From Octopus vulgaris (taxonomy: Eukaryota): a DNA stretch of 64,000 nt. The notes under the pieces are model-generated. The model did no database searches, was not told the DNA's origin, and saw nothing but the letters and a program-made list of their open reading frames with translations. Location of the stretch: contig OX597834.1 of NCBI GenBank assembly GCA_951406725.2, forward strand, positions 28,954,001-29,018,000, read 5' to 3'. The position numbers and the translations under genes are program-made. Shown here in pieces: positions 1 to 11,832 of this stretch (position 1 is the stretch's first letter; each line of letters starts with the position of its first letter).

Positions 1-101
1 GGTTTCCCAAGCGGTCACCCATCTAAGTACTAACTAAGCTCAATGTTGCTTAACTATGGTGATCAGACGAGAACTGGTGCATTCAACATATGCCTGTAAG
101 C
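1..101 (-). pseudogene. 5S rRNA-like sequence (diverged dispersed copy or 5S-derived SINE head), cut by the window edge
   Basis: Reverse complement GCTTACAGGCATATGTTGAATGCACCAGTTCTCGTCTGATCACCATAGTTAAGCAACATTGAGCTTAGTTAGTACTTAGATGGGTGACCGCTTGGGAAACC aligns by eye to metazoan 5S rRNA, including box A- and box C-like segments. It has several substitutions and a ~3-nt 5' deletion, and no tandem array is visible. Confidence 0.8.
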
Positions 102-659
102 AACTTGAAAACAATAATTCTTTCTAATTTTGGTAGAAGGCTGGCAAATTTTTAGTGGCAGGGAGAAGTTGATTACATCGACCCTGGTACTTTATTTTAG
201 CAACCCCTAAAGGATGAAAAGCAAAGCTGACATCAGGGTTTGAAATCAGAATGTAATGGACATTTTTCTGATGCTCTAAGTGATTCTGCCAGCCTGCTGC
301 TCTCCTAATAATAATTATTTCAAATTTTGGCACAAGGTCAGCAAATTCAGAGGAGGGTATAAGTCAACCACATTGACCCCAGTGTTCAACTGGTACTTAT
401 TTTATCAACCCAGAAAGGATGAATGGTAAAGTCAACCTTGGTGGAATTTGAACTCAGAACACGAAGACATGAAATGCCATTAAGCATTTTGCTTGGTCTG
501 CTAACGATTCTGCCAGCTTGCTGCCCAAATAATACTAAAAATCCTTCCTACAAAAGGCACAAGGCCTGAAATTTGTCAAATAACATTCCCCCAGAGGAAC
601 CCCATTTCAACTGCTTGTATTCAGGATCACACTTTTATGATCATTACCCAACATGCATA

Positions 660-1005
660 TATATGGAAGCACTCCGTCGGTTATGACGATGAGGGTTCTG
701 GTTGATCCGAATCAACGGAACAGCCTACTCGTGAAATTAACGTGTAAGTGGCTGAGCACTCCACAGACACGTGTACCCTTAACGTAGTTCTCGGGGATAT
801 TCAGCGTGACACAGAGAGTGACAAGGCCGGCCCTTTGAAATACAGGTACAACAGAAACAGGAAGTAAGAGTGAGAGAAAGTTGTGGTGAAAGAGTACAGC
901 AGGGATCACCACCATCCCCTGCCGGAGCCTCGTGAAGCTTTTAGGTGTTTTCGCTCAATAAACACTCACAACGCCCTGCCCTAACCACTGGGCCATTGTG
1001 CCTCC
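660..1005 (-). mobile_element. tRNA-derived SINE, family D, internally deleted
   Basis: Minus-strand head GGAGGCACAATGGCCCAGTGGTTAGGGCAG is tRNA/A-box-like. Body is shared with copies at ~14230-14500(+), 47786-48063(+) and 54450-54748(-), and with related pieces at ~26575-26878(-) and 53466-53806(-). Confidence 0.75.
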
Positions 1006-1147
1006 ACCCAACATGCATAACCATAGGTGAGGATAAGCATGAAAACCATACATTTTATTTTAGCACCAATGCAGAAGTTATTTTATCCTCAACAAGAGGA
1101 CATAACTTCTCATTTTGACCATCTGCAGCCTCTTCAAGTTTACCAAC

Positions 1148-1204
1148 CACATTACAGAATGTCCTGGTTGGTTGCTTGTGTAGTGAACCCTGTACATTAT
1201 ACAT
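1148..1204 (-). CDS. Internal exon of LITAF/CDIP1-like gene (MYNVQGSLHKQPTRTFCNV), start of the putative LITAF domain
   Basis: Acceptor ttcctctttatttcag|ATG is phase 0, matching the phase-0 donor at 11059. Donor GTG|gttggt at 1148, with an alternative G|gtaaac at 1144. P-x4-C-N-V fits the first CxxC knuckle of LITAF domains if the next (off-window) exon starts with Cys. Confidence 0.6.
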
Positions 1205-1596
1205 CTGAAATAAAGAGGAACCAGGGAGTGTGGGTGGAGGGAACAAGAGAAGTATCATGGTGATGGGCTGGCAGAATCATTAAAGGATTGGGAAATAAAT
1301 ACCTTGTATATTTGCTCTGGTTCTTTACATTCTGAGATCAAATCCTGCCACAGTCAACTTTGCCTTTCAAATTTTTTTTTTTTTTTTTGGATGTGGGGTT
1401 TAATCAATAAAATAAAGTACAAGTATTTAGGTTGATGGTACCAATTAGCCCTCTCTTGTCAAAGGTCCTAACCGTATGCTTGAATTAGAATCCATTATTT
1501 TTATTAGTTAGCAGAATTATAAACATGCCAGACAAAATGCTCAGTAGCATATCTTGTGGCTTAGATTTTGAGTTTAGTTTCTGATGTTGACTATAT

Positions 1597-1980
1597 AGGC
1601 GTAGGAGTGGCTGTGGTAAGTAGCTTGCTTATGAACCACATGCTTCCAGGTTCTGTGGCACCTTGGGCAAGTGTCTTCTACTATAGCCTCAGGCTGACCA
1701 AAGCCTTGTGAGTGGATTTGGTAGACTGAAACTGAAAGAAGCCCGTAGTATACATATGTGTGTGTGTGTATACATTTGTGTATCTGTGTTTGTCTCCCCA
1801 ACATCGCTTGAAAACTGATGCTTGTGTGTTTACGTCCCCGTAACTGAGCAGTTCGGCATAAGAAACCAATAGAATAACTACTAGGCTTACAAAGAATAAG
1901 TCCTGGGGTCAGTTTGCTTGACTAAGAGGCGGTGCTCTAGCATGGCCACAGTCAAATGACTGAAACAAGTAAAAGAGTAA
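1597..1980 (+). mobile_element. tRNA-derived SINE, family A (~400 bp; most abundant repeat, >20 copies in the window)
   Basis: A-box-like TGGCTGTG(TG)G head, internal (TA)/(TG) microsatellite, 3' tail GGCGGTGCTCCAGCATGGCC..AGTCAAATGACTGAAACAAGTAAAAGAG. Other copies have a B-box-like GGTTCAGTCCC. Confidence 0.85.
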
Positions 1981-3347
1981 ATGAGATATCTTTTATCCTT
2001 TCAGGGTCAATAAAATAGATACCAGTTATGCACTGATGTTGATGTAACCAACAAGCCCCACCCCTTCCCCAGATTTCAAGCCTTGAATCTATAGTAGAAA
2101 GATGTTATTAGTAAGGCTAGGAATTAGCAGAACAGTAAGTAGCCAGTGCAGCAGATAGAATACTTTATAGTTAATTGAATAAGTTTAGTCTAAACTTTCT
2201 AGACTGTCCTGGGTTCAAACAGCCCCAAGAAGTTAACCTTTCATCTCTTTAGAGGAAGGGAAAGAGAGAAGTTAGTGGCAATAATATAAGTACCAGTAAT
2301 ATACTGGTACCATTGCAATGAACTTCACCCTCACCTTATAATTGGCTTTGTGCTTAAATAAGTAATCACGTTCACATCTGATTTCCATTCCGATATGGGA
2401 AGGTGTAGGTTGGGACAACCTGAGTCAGATCTTATTTTGAGAGTCACTACCCTCCTTGATGGGCTGGAAAAACCTTCCCCTTCTGACATGATCTGGGTGC
2501 CCTCCCATATATCAGGCATTTATGTGGCACCAATCGTACAGCAGCTACATCCTCTGACGGACCGAAGGATTCTCTTACCCCACTTGCCTGATTATATATA
2601 CACTACCGTCAGAAATTAATTAGCACCCTTGATTTGCTCTTCACTCAAGGTATGTGCTGTCACCTAGTGGCCATATCTCGAACTATTGCTTTGTTGCGCA
2701 GAACGATGACGTAACTTTGTTTGCAGAGCAGTTTGAGAGTCTACAGCCTTATGATGTTGACATAGCAGTGCAAGAACAACTTGGAGTGCGGATGCAGACA
2801 AATCTTCCTTTGTTTAATAGATATAGGTAGCGCCTCGCAAGGACCGAAATCACACCATACTAAGTTTTCTCATCGCGTAAGACGTTTTGAACAGCTCATA
2901 GGTTAATTGATTTAACCTATTTAATGTAGAAATTTGAGAAGTGCTAATAAATTCTGACGCAAGTGTATATATGTGTGTGTGTGTGTGTGTATCTTTATAT
3001 ACATACACACAAATGCATATATGTCTATATATGCATGTGTGTGTGTATATATATATATAAATCTTATACTAGGCTGCCATGTAAACAGCTGTTGTAAATT
3101 TAGTGTCATTTCATTTCTTTTACCTCTCTTATTGCTTTTCCTTCTCTTTGATAAAGGTGCAAAGCTGAAAATATTAGATTCTTTCGCTTCTTTCATTAGT
3201 GTATTTATTTTCATTGTACACATTCTTCCATTGTTATTTTGTTTTATATTTCAAAGCTTTTTTTTTATACCCACATTTTGCTTGTCTAACTTCATCTTTT
3301 CTTCATCTTCTATTTGCCTCTTATGCAGTATATTAGAGTGATTTTTG

Positions 3348-3387
<40 letters not shown>

Positions 3388-4791
3388 AAAAGCCATACCA
3401 GTATATTTGCACAGATATATATGTATTTTGCTGTTCTGACATACAAGCTTAAGAACAGAACTCATCAATGAAGGACTATCTACCTCTTCTTACACACATA
3501 TACACACACACACGCACACACACACACACGTATATGTGTTATTCTTAAAGAAGAATGTTGTTGACAGTGATTTCAAAGTTTCAGCCAGCTAAGCCATTGT
3601 CCGATGATCGCTTAGCTGGCCGAAACTTCAAAGTCGCTTTCATCATCATCATCATCGTTTAGCGTCCGTTTTCCATGCTAGCATGGGTTGGACAGTTCAA
3701 CTGGGGTCTGTGAAGCCAGAAGGCTATTCATCAGGCCCAGTCAGATCTGGCAGAGTTTCTACAGCTGGATGCCCTTCCTAACGCCAACCACTCCGTGAGC
3801 GTAGTGGGTGCTTTTTACGTGCCACCCGCACAGGTGCCAGACAGAGCTGGCAAACGGCCACGAACGGATGGTGCTTTTTATGTGCCACACTCTACAAAAA
3901 TATAGAGCAACCCACCAGATTTAATGTAAAATTGTGTTTATTATAACTGAACATAAAAACAAACATTAGTCTATGTGTGTGTGTATTACAGAAAGCAATG
4001 CTTTCAACAAGGCATTAAGAGGCCATCAGTAAATTTTCATTGTGCCGAAGTATGTATACTCGTATCTGAGGAAACCACTTCACTTATTGTTTGGAATATT
4101 CCCAAGAGAAAATAATCAACAGCACAAACTCTACCTTCACCATTTCTTCAGCCTCCCACATTTTAACTCATCTCCCTCCATCCACCCATCCAGTGTGTTC
4201 ATTTGCTTCAGGCATGGGCCCCTTTTTTTCAAGAAATGGGTGACATGAAGCATGGCTTATGTCACCCATGTCAGGCCTGCCTGATGATGAGCCAAGGACA
4301 TTTTTTATAGGTGTGGTCATTCAGCATGTCTCAGGGGGCTAATAGGTTTGCCTGAGACTGATCTATTTATTGGTTTGGTCCAGAGGAAAGGAACTGTGTT
4401 CATTCATGGGCCTATCGAGGATCTCTGAAACCAGTCAAATTGATTAAATTAACATTATTCTTGATTAGTTACAAGTTAGTGGCAGCAGAAAAAAAAAAAA
4501 AATAAATAAATAAACAGGAGAAATCAGGATAAAAACTATGTAGAGGGTTACATGTGACTGGGTCATGTGATTTCATTATAAAAATATTTGAAAAAAAAAA
4601 AAAATCAATGTATGACCTGTTCACATGACCAGAATGGAAGTAACAGCATCTGGTGTGTGACGTGTGCTATGTAACATGCATAACCAGGTCCTCACTTAGT
4701 GACATCTAGTAACTGCATGTTACAGGTTTTTACTGCAACATGTTAAAAAAGGGATGCATTTATGTAACTACCATCAGTTGTGTTACAAATG

Positions 4792-5022
4792 TATTTCTTT
4801 ACTGCCCACATGGGGCTAAACATAGAGGGGACAAACAATGACAGACAAAGGAATTAAGTTGATGACATCAACCCCAGTGGGAAACTGGTACTTTATTTAT
4901 CGACCCCGAAAGGATGAAAGGCAAAGTCGACCTCGGCGGAATTTGAACTCAGAACGTAACGACAGACGAAATACGGCTACACATTTCGCCCGGCGTGCTA
5001 ACCTTTCTGCTAGCTCGCCGCC
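4792..5022 (-). mobile_element. SINE family B (~230 bp)
   Basis: Head GGCGGCGAGCTGGCAGAA..GAGTTCAAATTCC and central GACTTTGCCTTTCATCCTTTCGGGGTCGATAAA..AGTACC. Other copies at ~13945-14175(-), 19355-19770(+, internal tandem duplication), 22737-22880(+), 24235-24460(+), 46138-46367(-), 51824-52054(-) and 58932-59164(-); older copies at ~135-525. Confidence 0.85.
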
Positions 5023-5129
5023 ATACAAATGTGTTACAAATGGTGGCATGTCACATGGAAATCGAGAAGGCTGATATTCTGAAGAGAAAAGAGGAGTTGA
5101 GGATTTAGATGGCAGAGCCTAGTTGGGTC

Positions 5130-5600
5130 TAATGTCTAATGTATGTCATTTCTCCCTTTTAAAAGGCAGCAGTGTGTGACATGAGGGACATATGGCTGTG
5201 GCTGCTATTTCTAGCAGGCTTCCATCACCTTGTGAACTCTTTATTGAGTAGATTCCTATGATTAGAGACATTCCAGCAGTGACCTACACTGTCCATATTT
5301 GGTGTGTCTAGGACTAAATTGTCTAATGTTCTCCTTTTGATAAAGCAGCAGAGTGTGATAAGAGGGAGATACAGCAGTGGCTGCTATTTCTAGCAGGTTT
5401 CATTAACATTTCGAGCTCTTACCTTGTGAACACTTCATTGAGTAGATTCCTATCATCAGAGACATTCCAATAGTGACCTACACCGTCTAGTGCCTCATTG
5501 TCTAATGTGCATTTCTCCCTTTTATAAGGCAGCAGAGTGTGGCGTGAGGGAGATATGGTTGTGACTGCTATTTCTAGCAGGTTGAGCAACCATGTAGAGC
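5130..5600. repeat. Degenerate tandem triplication, ~180-bp unit
   Basis: TCTAATGT..CTCC..TTT..AAGGCAGCAG..GTGTG..GAGGGA..GCTGCTATTTCTAGCAGG recurs at ~5135, ~5320 and ~5500. Confidence 0.7.
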
Positions 5601-6682
5601 AGTGATTCTCAAGATGGTGAGTGGGGACAATGGTTATTTCAGGTAGGCAATATGGGAGACAAGGAGAAGGAGAGATAAGCAAGTAAGTAAAGCCCGAGAT
5701 GAGATTATAGGAGGCTTTCAGCAGTAAGGAATAACTACCGCCATGGTAGTAGTGACCATTGAAAAGTCAGAGAGTGGACACAGTATATTTAAGGATCAAG
5801 CAGTTGGAGTGTGTCTGAGAAATATGATACCAATAAGTCAAGCAATCATTTTTTTGGTTTGTTTTGATTCAGTTTAGGAAGTTATTTACAAAAATCAATG
5901 AAACGGAATCTTCCCTCTTTTACTTGTTTCAGTCTAGGGACTGTGGCCTTGCTGGGGCACTACCTTGAAAGGATTTCAGTCAATCAAATTGACCCCAGTA
6001 ATTTTTTTTTTTTGATTGATGATACTTATTCTATAGTCTTTTCAGCAAAACTGCTAAGCTACTAGGATGCAAATGAACCAACACCAATTGTAAATTAGTG
6101 GGTGGGGTGCAATCGCAGGCACAAAGACACCTACACATTGATAGAGACACACACACACACATATATATGTATGTGTGCATGTGTAGTTACATGACAGGCT
6201 TCCACACAGTTTCCATCTACCATTATATGATTTGGTCTCACTGAATCTGCTGAGGCAACTAATCCTGTGTGTGTGTGAAGTTGTTACTCATTACATACAG
6301 GTCGCAATGTTTCAGTCACAAAACCGTAATTCAGAAGAGATAAACCATATTCTAATCATATTGAATGTCAAGATGTAGAGATAGAGTGCTGTGACTTGTA
6401 ACATGGTATGTACCAGACCACCATAGCTTGTAACATAACATGGTATGTATTAGGTCACAACGATTTGTAACATGGTATGTTAACAGGTCATAGTGACTTG
6501 TAACAGAATATATTGCAAAAAATCATAGTGACTTGCAATGTAACATGGTCTGTAACTGATCATGGTGACTAGTGACTTGTAACATAATACAGTTTGTAGC
6601 AGACTATGGTGAGCTGTAGCATATGTAACACATTGTAGCAACTTGTAACAGTTTAACAGATCCATTGCAACTTGAAACTATA

Positions 6683-7420
6683 TGGTGTGTATCAGATCAT
6701 AGAGCTGTAACATGCCATTGTGTAACATCATAGTGACTTCCAACAGTATTATAAATCAGTCATTTTTAACACCACAGTGACTTGTAACAGGAGACTGTTT
6801 GTAGCAAATCATAGTGACTTGAAACAATGTGGTGTGTATCAGATCATAGAGCTGTAACATGCCATTGTGTAACATCATAGTGACTTCCAACAGTATTATA
6901 AATCAGTTATTTTTAACAGACCACAGTGACTTGTAACAGGAGACTGTTTGTAGCAAATCATAGTGACTTGAAACAATGTGGTGTGTATCAGATCATAGAG
7001 CTGTAACATGCCATTGTGTAACATCATAGTGACTTCCAACAGTATTATAAATCAGTCATTTTTAACAGACCACAGTGACTTGTAACAGGAGACTGTTTGT
7101 AGCAAATCATAGTGACTTGAAACAATGTGGTGTGTATCAGATCATAGAGCTGTAACATGCCATTGTGTAACATCATAGTGACTTCCAACAGTATTATAAA
7201 TCAGTCATTTTTAACAGACCACAGTGACTTGTAACAGGAGACTGTTTGTAGCAAATCATAGTGACTTGAAACAATGTGGTGTGTATCAGATCATAGAGCT
7301 GTAACATGCCATTGTGTAACATCATAGTGACTTCCAACAGTATTATAAATCAGTCATTTTTAACAGACCACAGTGACTTGTAACAGGAGACTGTTTGTAG
7401 CAAATCATAGTGACTTGTAA
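6683..7420. repeat. Tandem satellite, 5 near-identical copies of a 149-bp unit
   Basis: TGGTGTGTATCAGATC starts at 6683, 6830, 6979, 7128 and 7277. The array sits within degenerate ~35-40-bp CATAGTGACTTGTAACA repeats spanning ~6385-7580. Confidence 0.92.
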
Positions 7421-7689
7421 CATGACAAAGTTTGTAATAGATCATTGTGACTTGTATATGATGTAACATAGTGTAACAGATTGTAATGACTTGTAACATA
7501 ATTGTTCAATGTCCGATGTGTTCTGTCACAGATCATTCTATTTATGTTACACATTATAGTCACCATGTCACACAGAATAGCATTCACAGTTTTAAATAAC
7601 CAGACAAGGCAATGTAGTGATGTAGGGGTACCAACAGACGGGGGTAAAGAGAGAGAGGAGGAGGGCAAATAACAAAACAGCCACAAAGC

Positions 7690-8050
7690 CCTTTATATGA
7701 GGTTCATCGATAACAAAACGTAAAATGTCTTTGGGGGACGAAGGAAATGGGTCCAGGTTGTTGAGGGGATCAAAAAAGAAGGTATATGAATATAAAAAGG
7801 CAGAGCGGCAGAAAGATAACAAGGAGGATGGCCATGATTCGTCGTCGGCTGTGGTTTGGTACTGCTTGTGCTCCTTGTCCGGTGGAATCCTGAAACAGAA
7901 GACAAACCAGATCCAGTCAAAGACATATTCAGAGTGGAAACTTTTGATTTCTAACAAATACAGTAAATTCTCTCCTAATTGGCATAATTGGGAATGGTGA
8001 GTTACCTATTAAATGAATTTTTTGGATGGCTGATGACTTTTTAAACACTT
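7690..8050 (-). mobile_element. Decayed CR1/L2-like LINE 3' fragment
   Basis: Minus-strand peptide ...KDILRFVIDEPHIKGF resembles the LDxFLxxIPDEP C-terminus of CR1/L2-group ORF2. Confidence 0.35.
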
Positions 8051-8077
8051 TTGTTGCCATATTTCTGTTGAGATACT

Positions 8078-8476
8078 CTACTCTTTTACTTGTTTCAGTC
8101 ATTTGACTGCGGCCATGCTGGAGCACCGCCTTTAATCGAGCAACTCGACCCCGGGACTTATTCTTTTGTAAGCCCAGTACTTATTCTATCGGTCTTTTGC
8201 CGAACCGCTAAGTAACGGGGACATAAACACACCAGCATCGGTTGTCAAGCAATGCTAGAGGACAAACAGACACACAAACACACACACGCATATATATATA
8301 TATATATATATACGACGGGCTTCTTTCAGTTTCCGTCTACCAAATCCACTCACAAGGCTTTGGTCGGCCTGAGGCTATAGTAGAAGACACTTGCCCAAGG
8401 TGCTATGCATTGGGACTGAACCCGGAACCATGTGGTTGGTAGACAAGCTACTTACCACACAGCCACTCCTGCGCCT
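8078..8476 (-). mobile_element. SINE family A, full length
   Basis: Reverse complement of the family A consensus from head to tail. Confidence 0.9.
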
Positions 8477-8521
8477 GTGTATCTTTCAATTAATTTTAAA
8501 TATAACAAAAAATTTAGTAAA

Positions 8522-8748
8522 ATTAACTTTAGTGTTCAGATTATTTTGTCAAATGTAATGCTTATTTATTCACATTGTTTTGAATCAACCATGCATTATC
8601 TCATAGTTTAAAAATTTCAATAATGTGATCGTTTATTTTTCAGAATCACATTGTGGGATAGGTATGAAAGGTTGGATCTGGCAAATTTGGGCATAAAACA
8701 AGTAGAATATTTCGGCCGGAAATGGCCGGTTTGAATGCTAAAGGGTTA
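8522..8748. mobile_element. TTAA-flanked piggyBac-like MITE (same family as 44310-44530)
   Basis: Ends AATGCTAAAGGG|TTAA, and the body is the reverse complement of 44310-44530. Another copy at ~8930-9545 is interrupted by a family A SINE (8985-9385); further copies at ~17317-17520 and 19165-19266. Confidence 0.6.
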
Positions 8749-9752
8749 AGCTAATGTTAGAAACATAAATTACAACTAAAAGTTTGGTGGAAGATTTTAA
8801 TTCAGAACTTTTGAAAACAAAACATTTGTACAAGAGCCAGAGGAAGTCTCCAGCGGCTTGGTATCAAAAGGGTTAAGTTACCCTAGCACCATACAAAACT
8901 CAAACTATATATACACATCAGTGTTACCTTTAACCCTACAATATTCATACCATTCTGTCAAATGTAATACTTATTTATTCAGATAGGCACAGGCATGGTT
9001 CTGTGGGAAGAAGCTTGCTTCCCAACAACATGGTTCTGGGTTCAGTCTCACCGTGTGGCATCCTGGGCAAGTGTTTTCTACTATAGCCTTGGGCTGACCA
9101 AAGCCTTGTGAGTGGATTTGGTAGACAGAAACTAAAAGAAGCCTGTCATATATATATGTTATTTATGTGTGTGTCTTTGTGTGTCCCTCTTCACCATCGC
9201 TTGACAACCAATGTTGGTGCGTTTACATCCCTGTAACTTAGCAGTTCGGCAAAAGAGACCGATAGGATAAGTACTAGGCTTATAAAGAGTAAGTCCTGAG
9301 GTCAATTTCTTCGACTAAAACCCTTTAAAGCAGTGCTCCAGCATGGCTGCAGTCAAATGACTGAAACAAGTAAAAGAATAAAAGAATTGTTTTGAATTCA
9401 TCATCTCATAACTCTGGGATTTCAATATTGAGATTGTTTATTTCTAAAATGACATTGTAGGATAGATGTGAGAGGTCAGATCCGGCCAGTTTGAACATAA
9501 AACAGATAGGATATTTGAGCTGTATATGGCCAGTTTAAGGGTTAATATTCTGAATATAGCAGAAATGAGAGAAATAGGAAGAAATAAAAATATGAACAAG
9601 TTTTATTAACTTATTAAAATACAGGTATATTAAATGTAGTAAAATCAAATAAAATACTGAAATTTGGGAGGCAACAATCTATTTTAGATATAATAGAAAC
9701 ATTGTTTTAATGATAATTAATTTACACATTTTCTTTTTTAAAAAATATACAC

Positions 9753-10150
9753 AGGCATAGACGTGGCTGTGTGGTAAGTAGCTTGCTAACCAACCACATG
9801 GTTCCGGGTTCAGTCCCACTGCGTGGCATCTTGGGCAAGTGTCTTCTGCTATAGCCCAGGGCCGACCAATGCCTTGTGAGTGGATTTGGTAGACGGAAAC
9901 TGAAAGAAGCCTGTCGTATATATGTATATATATATATATATGTATGTTTGTGTGTCTGTGTTTGTACCCCTAGCATTGCTTGACAACCGATGCTGGTGTG
10001 TTTATGTCCCCGTTACTTAGCGGTTCGGCAAAAGAAACCGATAGAATAAGTACTGGGCTTACAAAAGAATAAGTCCCGGGGTCGAGTTGCTCGATTAAAG
10101 GCGGTGCTCCAGCATGGCCACAGTCAAATGACTGAAACAAGTAAAAGAGT
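9753..10150 (+). mobile_element. SINE family A, full length, followed by a second head (10153-10345) and another copy (10533-10890)
   Basis: Direct match to the family A sequence. Confidence 0.9.
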
Positions 10151-11058
10151 ATAGGCATAGACGTGGCTGTGTGGTAAAAAGATTCATGGTTCTGGGTTCA
10201 GTTCTACAGTATGGCACATTGGGCAAGTGTCTTCTACTATAACATTGGGTGAGCCAAAGCCATGTGGGTGAATTTGGTAGATGGAAACTGAAAGAAGCAC
10301 ATCATGTGTGTGTGATTGTTCCTCATCACTGCTTGACAACCAGTTGTGTGTGTGTGTGTGTGCGTAGTCTTGTCTACGATGGTTATAAATATGAGCCTTG
10401 TTGTCAGATTAGTGGGGCTGTTAATTTCCAGTATTCCATGAAAAAGATCTCTAGCTATGGAGAAAGGTTACCTTGCTTGGAAACAAGTGAGACAGATAGG
10501 AAGGGCATTCATCCATTAAAAAAAAAAAATTGCCGTGGCTGCGTGGTAAGTAGCTTGTTTACCAACCACATGGTTCCGGGTTCACTCCCACAGCTTGGCA
10601 CCTTGGGCAAGTGTCTTCTACTATAGCCTCGGGCCGACCAAAGCCTTGTGAGTGGATTTGGTAGACGGAAACTGAAAGAAGCCCGTCGTATATATGTATG
10701 CGTGTCTATGTTTGTGTGTCTGTGATTGTCCCCCTAGCATTGCTTGACAGCCGATGCTGGTGTGTTTATGTCCCCGTAACTTAGCAGTTCGGCAAAAGAG
10801 ACCGATAGAATAAGTACTGGGCTTACAAAAGAATAAGTCCTGGGGTCGAGTTGCTCGATTAACGGCGGTGCTCCAAGTAAAAGAGTAAAGAGTAGAGGGA
10901 TTGAACTCAAAATCATGCTACTCAAAAGTAAATTTCACCACACCGCCACACTTTCCACTTAAGAAAATAAAACCTGAAGCACAAGGAGACATATACATAA
11001 ATAAAGGAAATAAATCAGTAAAAAAAAGTTTTTTTAAATATTAATAAAAATATCTTAC

Positions 11059-11315
11059 AATAACTGTTGTTGGGTAGGTTTGAACATGTGATGGTTGCCC
11101 TGTCACTACCATGGGTGGTACTGTTTGCTGTGGTGGTACTCCATATGGTGTAAAGCCAATATTTGATGGGTTGTAAGGTTGTTGAGGATGTGTGCTATAA
11201 CCAGGAATCTGAGAATATGGGGGAGCTGGCTGGTAAGGGCCATGCGCTGGAACACCAGAGTAGGCTTCACCTTGCATAACAGAATCATAGGATGGCGGAG
11301 GCCCAAGGGCCGACA
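11059..11315 (-). CDS. Proline-rich coding exon of LITAF/CDIP1-like gene (SALGPPPSYDSVMQGEAYSGVPAHGPYQPAPPYSQIPG...QTYPTTVI)
   Basis: Acceptor tcttgtcttttctag|TG (phase 1) and donor ATT|gtaaga (phase 0). The open frame is P/Y/Q/G-rich with a PPSY motif and APPY, as in the LITAF/SIMPLE N-terminus, and the sequence is non-repetitive. Confidence 0.85.
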
Positions 11316-11449
11316 CTAGAAAAGACAAGAATATAAATATATAAATACAAGGAAATAAACCGAAAATGATTGCAATTATAATGGTTTCAAATTTTGGCAC
11401 AAGGCCAGCAATTTCCAGGGAGGGGTTAAATTGATTACATCAATGGATT

Positions 11450-11832
11450 CACTGGGCATGGATTCACCGAAGCTCCGGCGTCTGGCGACGGACTTGGTAA
11501 TCACCCACAAAGTTATCAACCACCTCACCAACAACAACAACACTGAACACCTTTTTGATCTCCATGTGTCTAACACACGTGGACATGCCTACAAAGTCAG
11601 AAAACAACACAGCTCCCATGACTTTCGGAAACATTTTTTCACGCTCAGAGTTGCTGAAGCATGGAATAAACTGCCTGCGTCAGTTGTTGACTGCCATGAA
11701 CACTGCATCCTTTAAGGCCCTCATGCTTTCCGAAATTCGCCGAAACTACACCTGATTATATATACACTTTAGATGAGTTGTAGTGCACCTGAGCACTGTA
11801 CACAATTATTATTATTATTATTATTATTATTA
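11450..11832 (+). mobile_element. CR1-type LINE 3' fragment with (ATT)n tail
   Basis: Peptide LRRLATDL..TRGHAYKV..RKHFFTLRVAEAWNKLP is the typical CR1 ORF2 C-terminus, followed by an (ATT)n tail. Related remnants at ~41770-41835(+) and 42325-42465(-). Confidence 0.85.

Noticed and set aside
2330-2900. Non-repetitive stretch with short ORFs, possible extra exon
   Set aside because: No recognisable motif or phase-compatible splice pair found; left unassigned.
8242-8442. Recurrent 'SVYQIHSQGFGRPEAIVEDTCPRC' peptide family
   Set aside because: Translation of SINE family A, not a gene family. Likewise 'RPRKDERQSRPRRNLNSE' (family B) and 'LDALPNANHS' (RTE 3' UTR).
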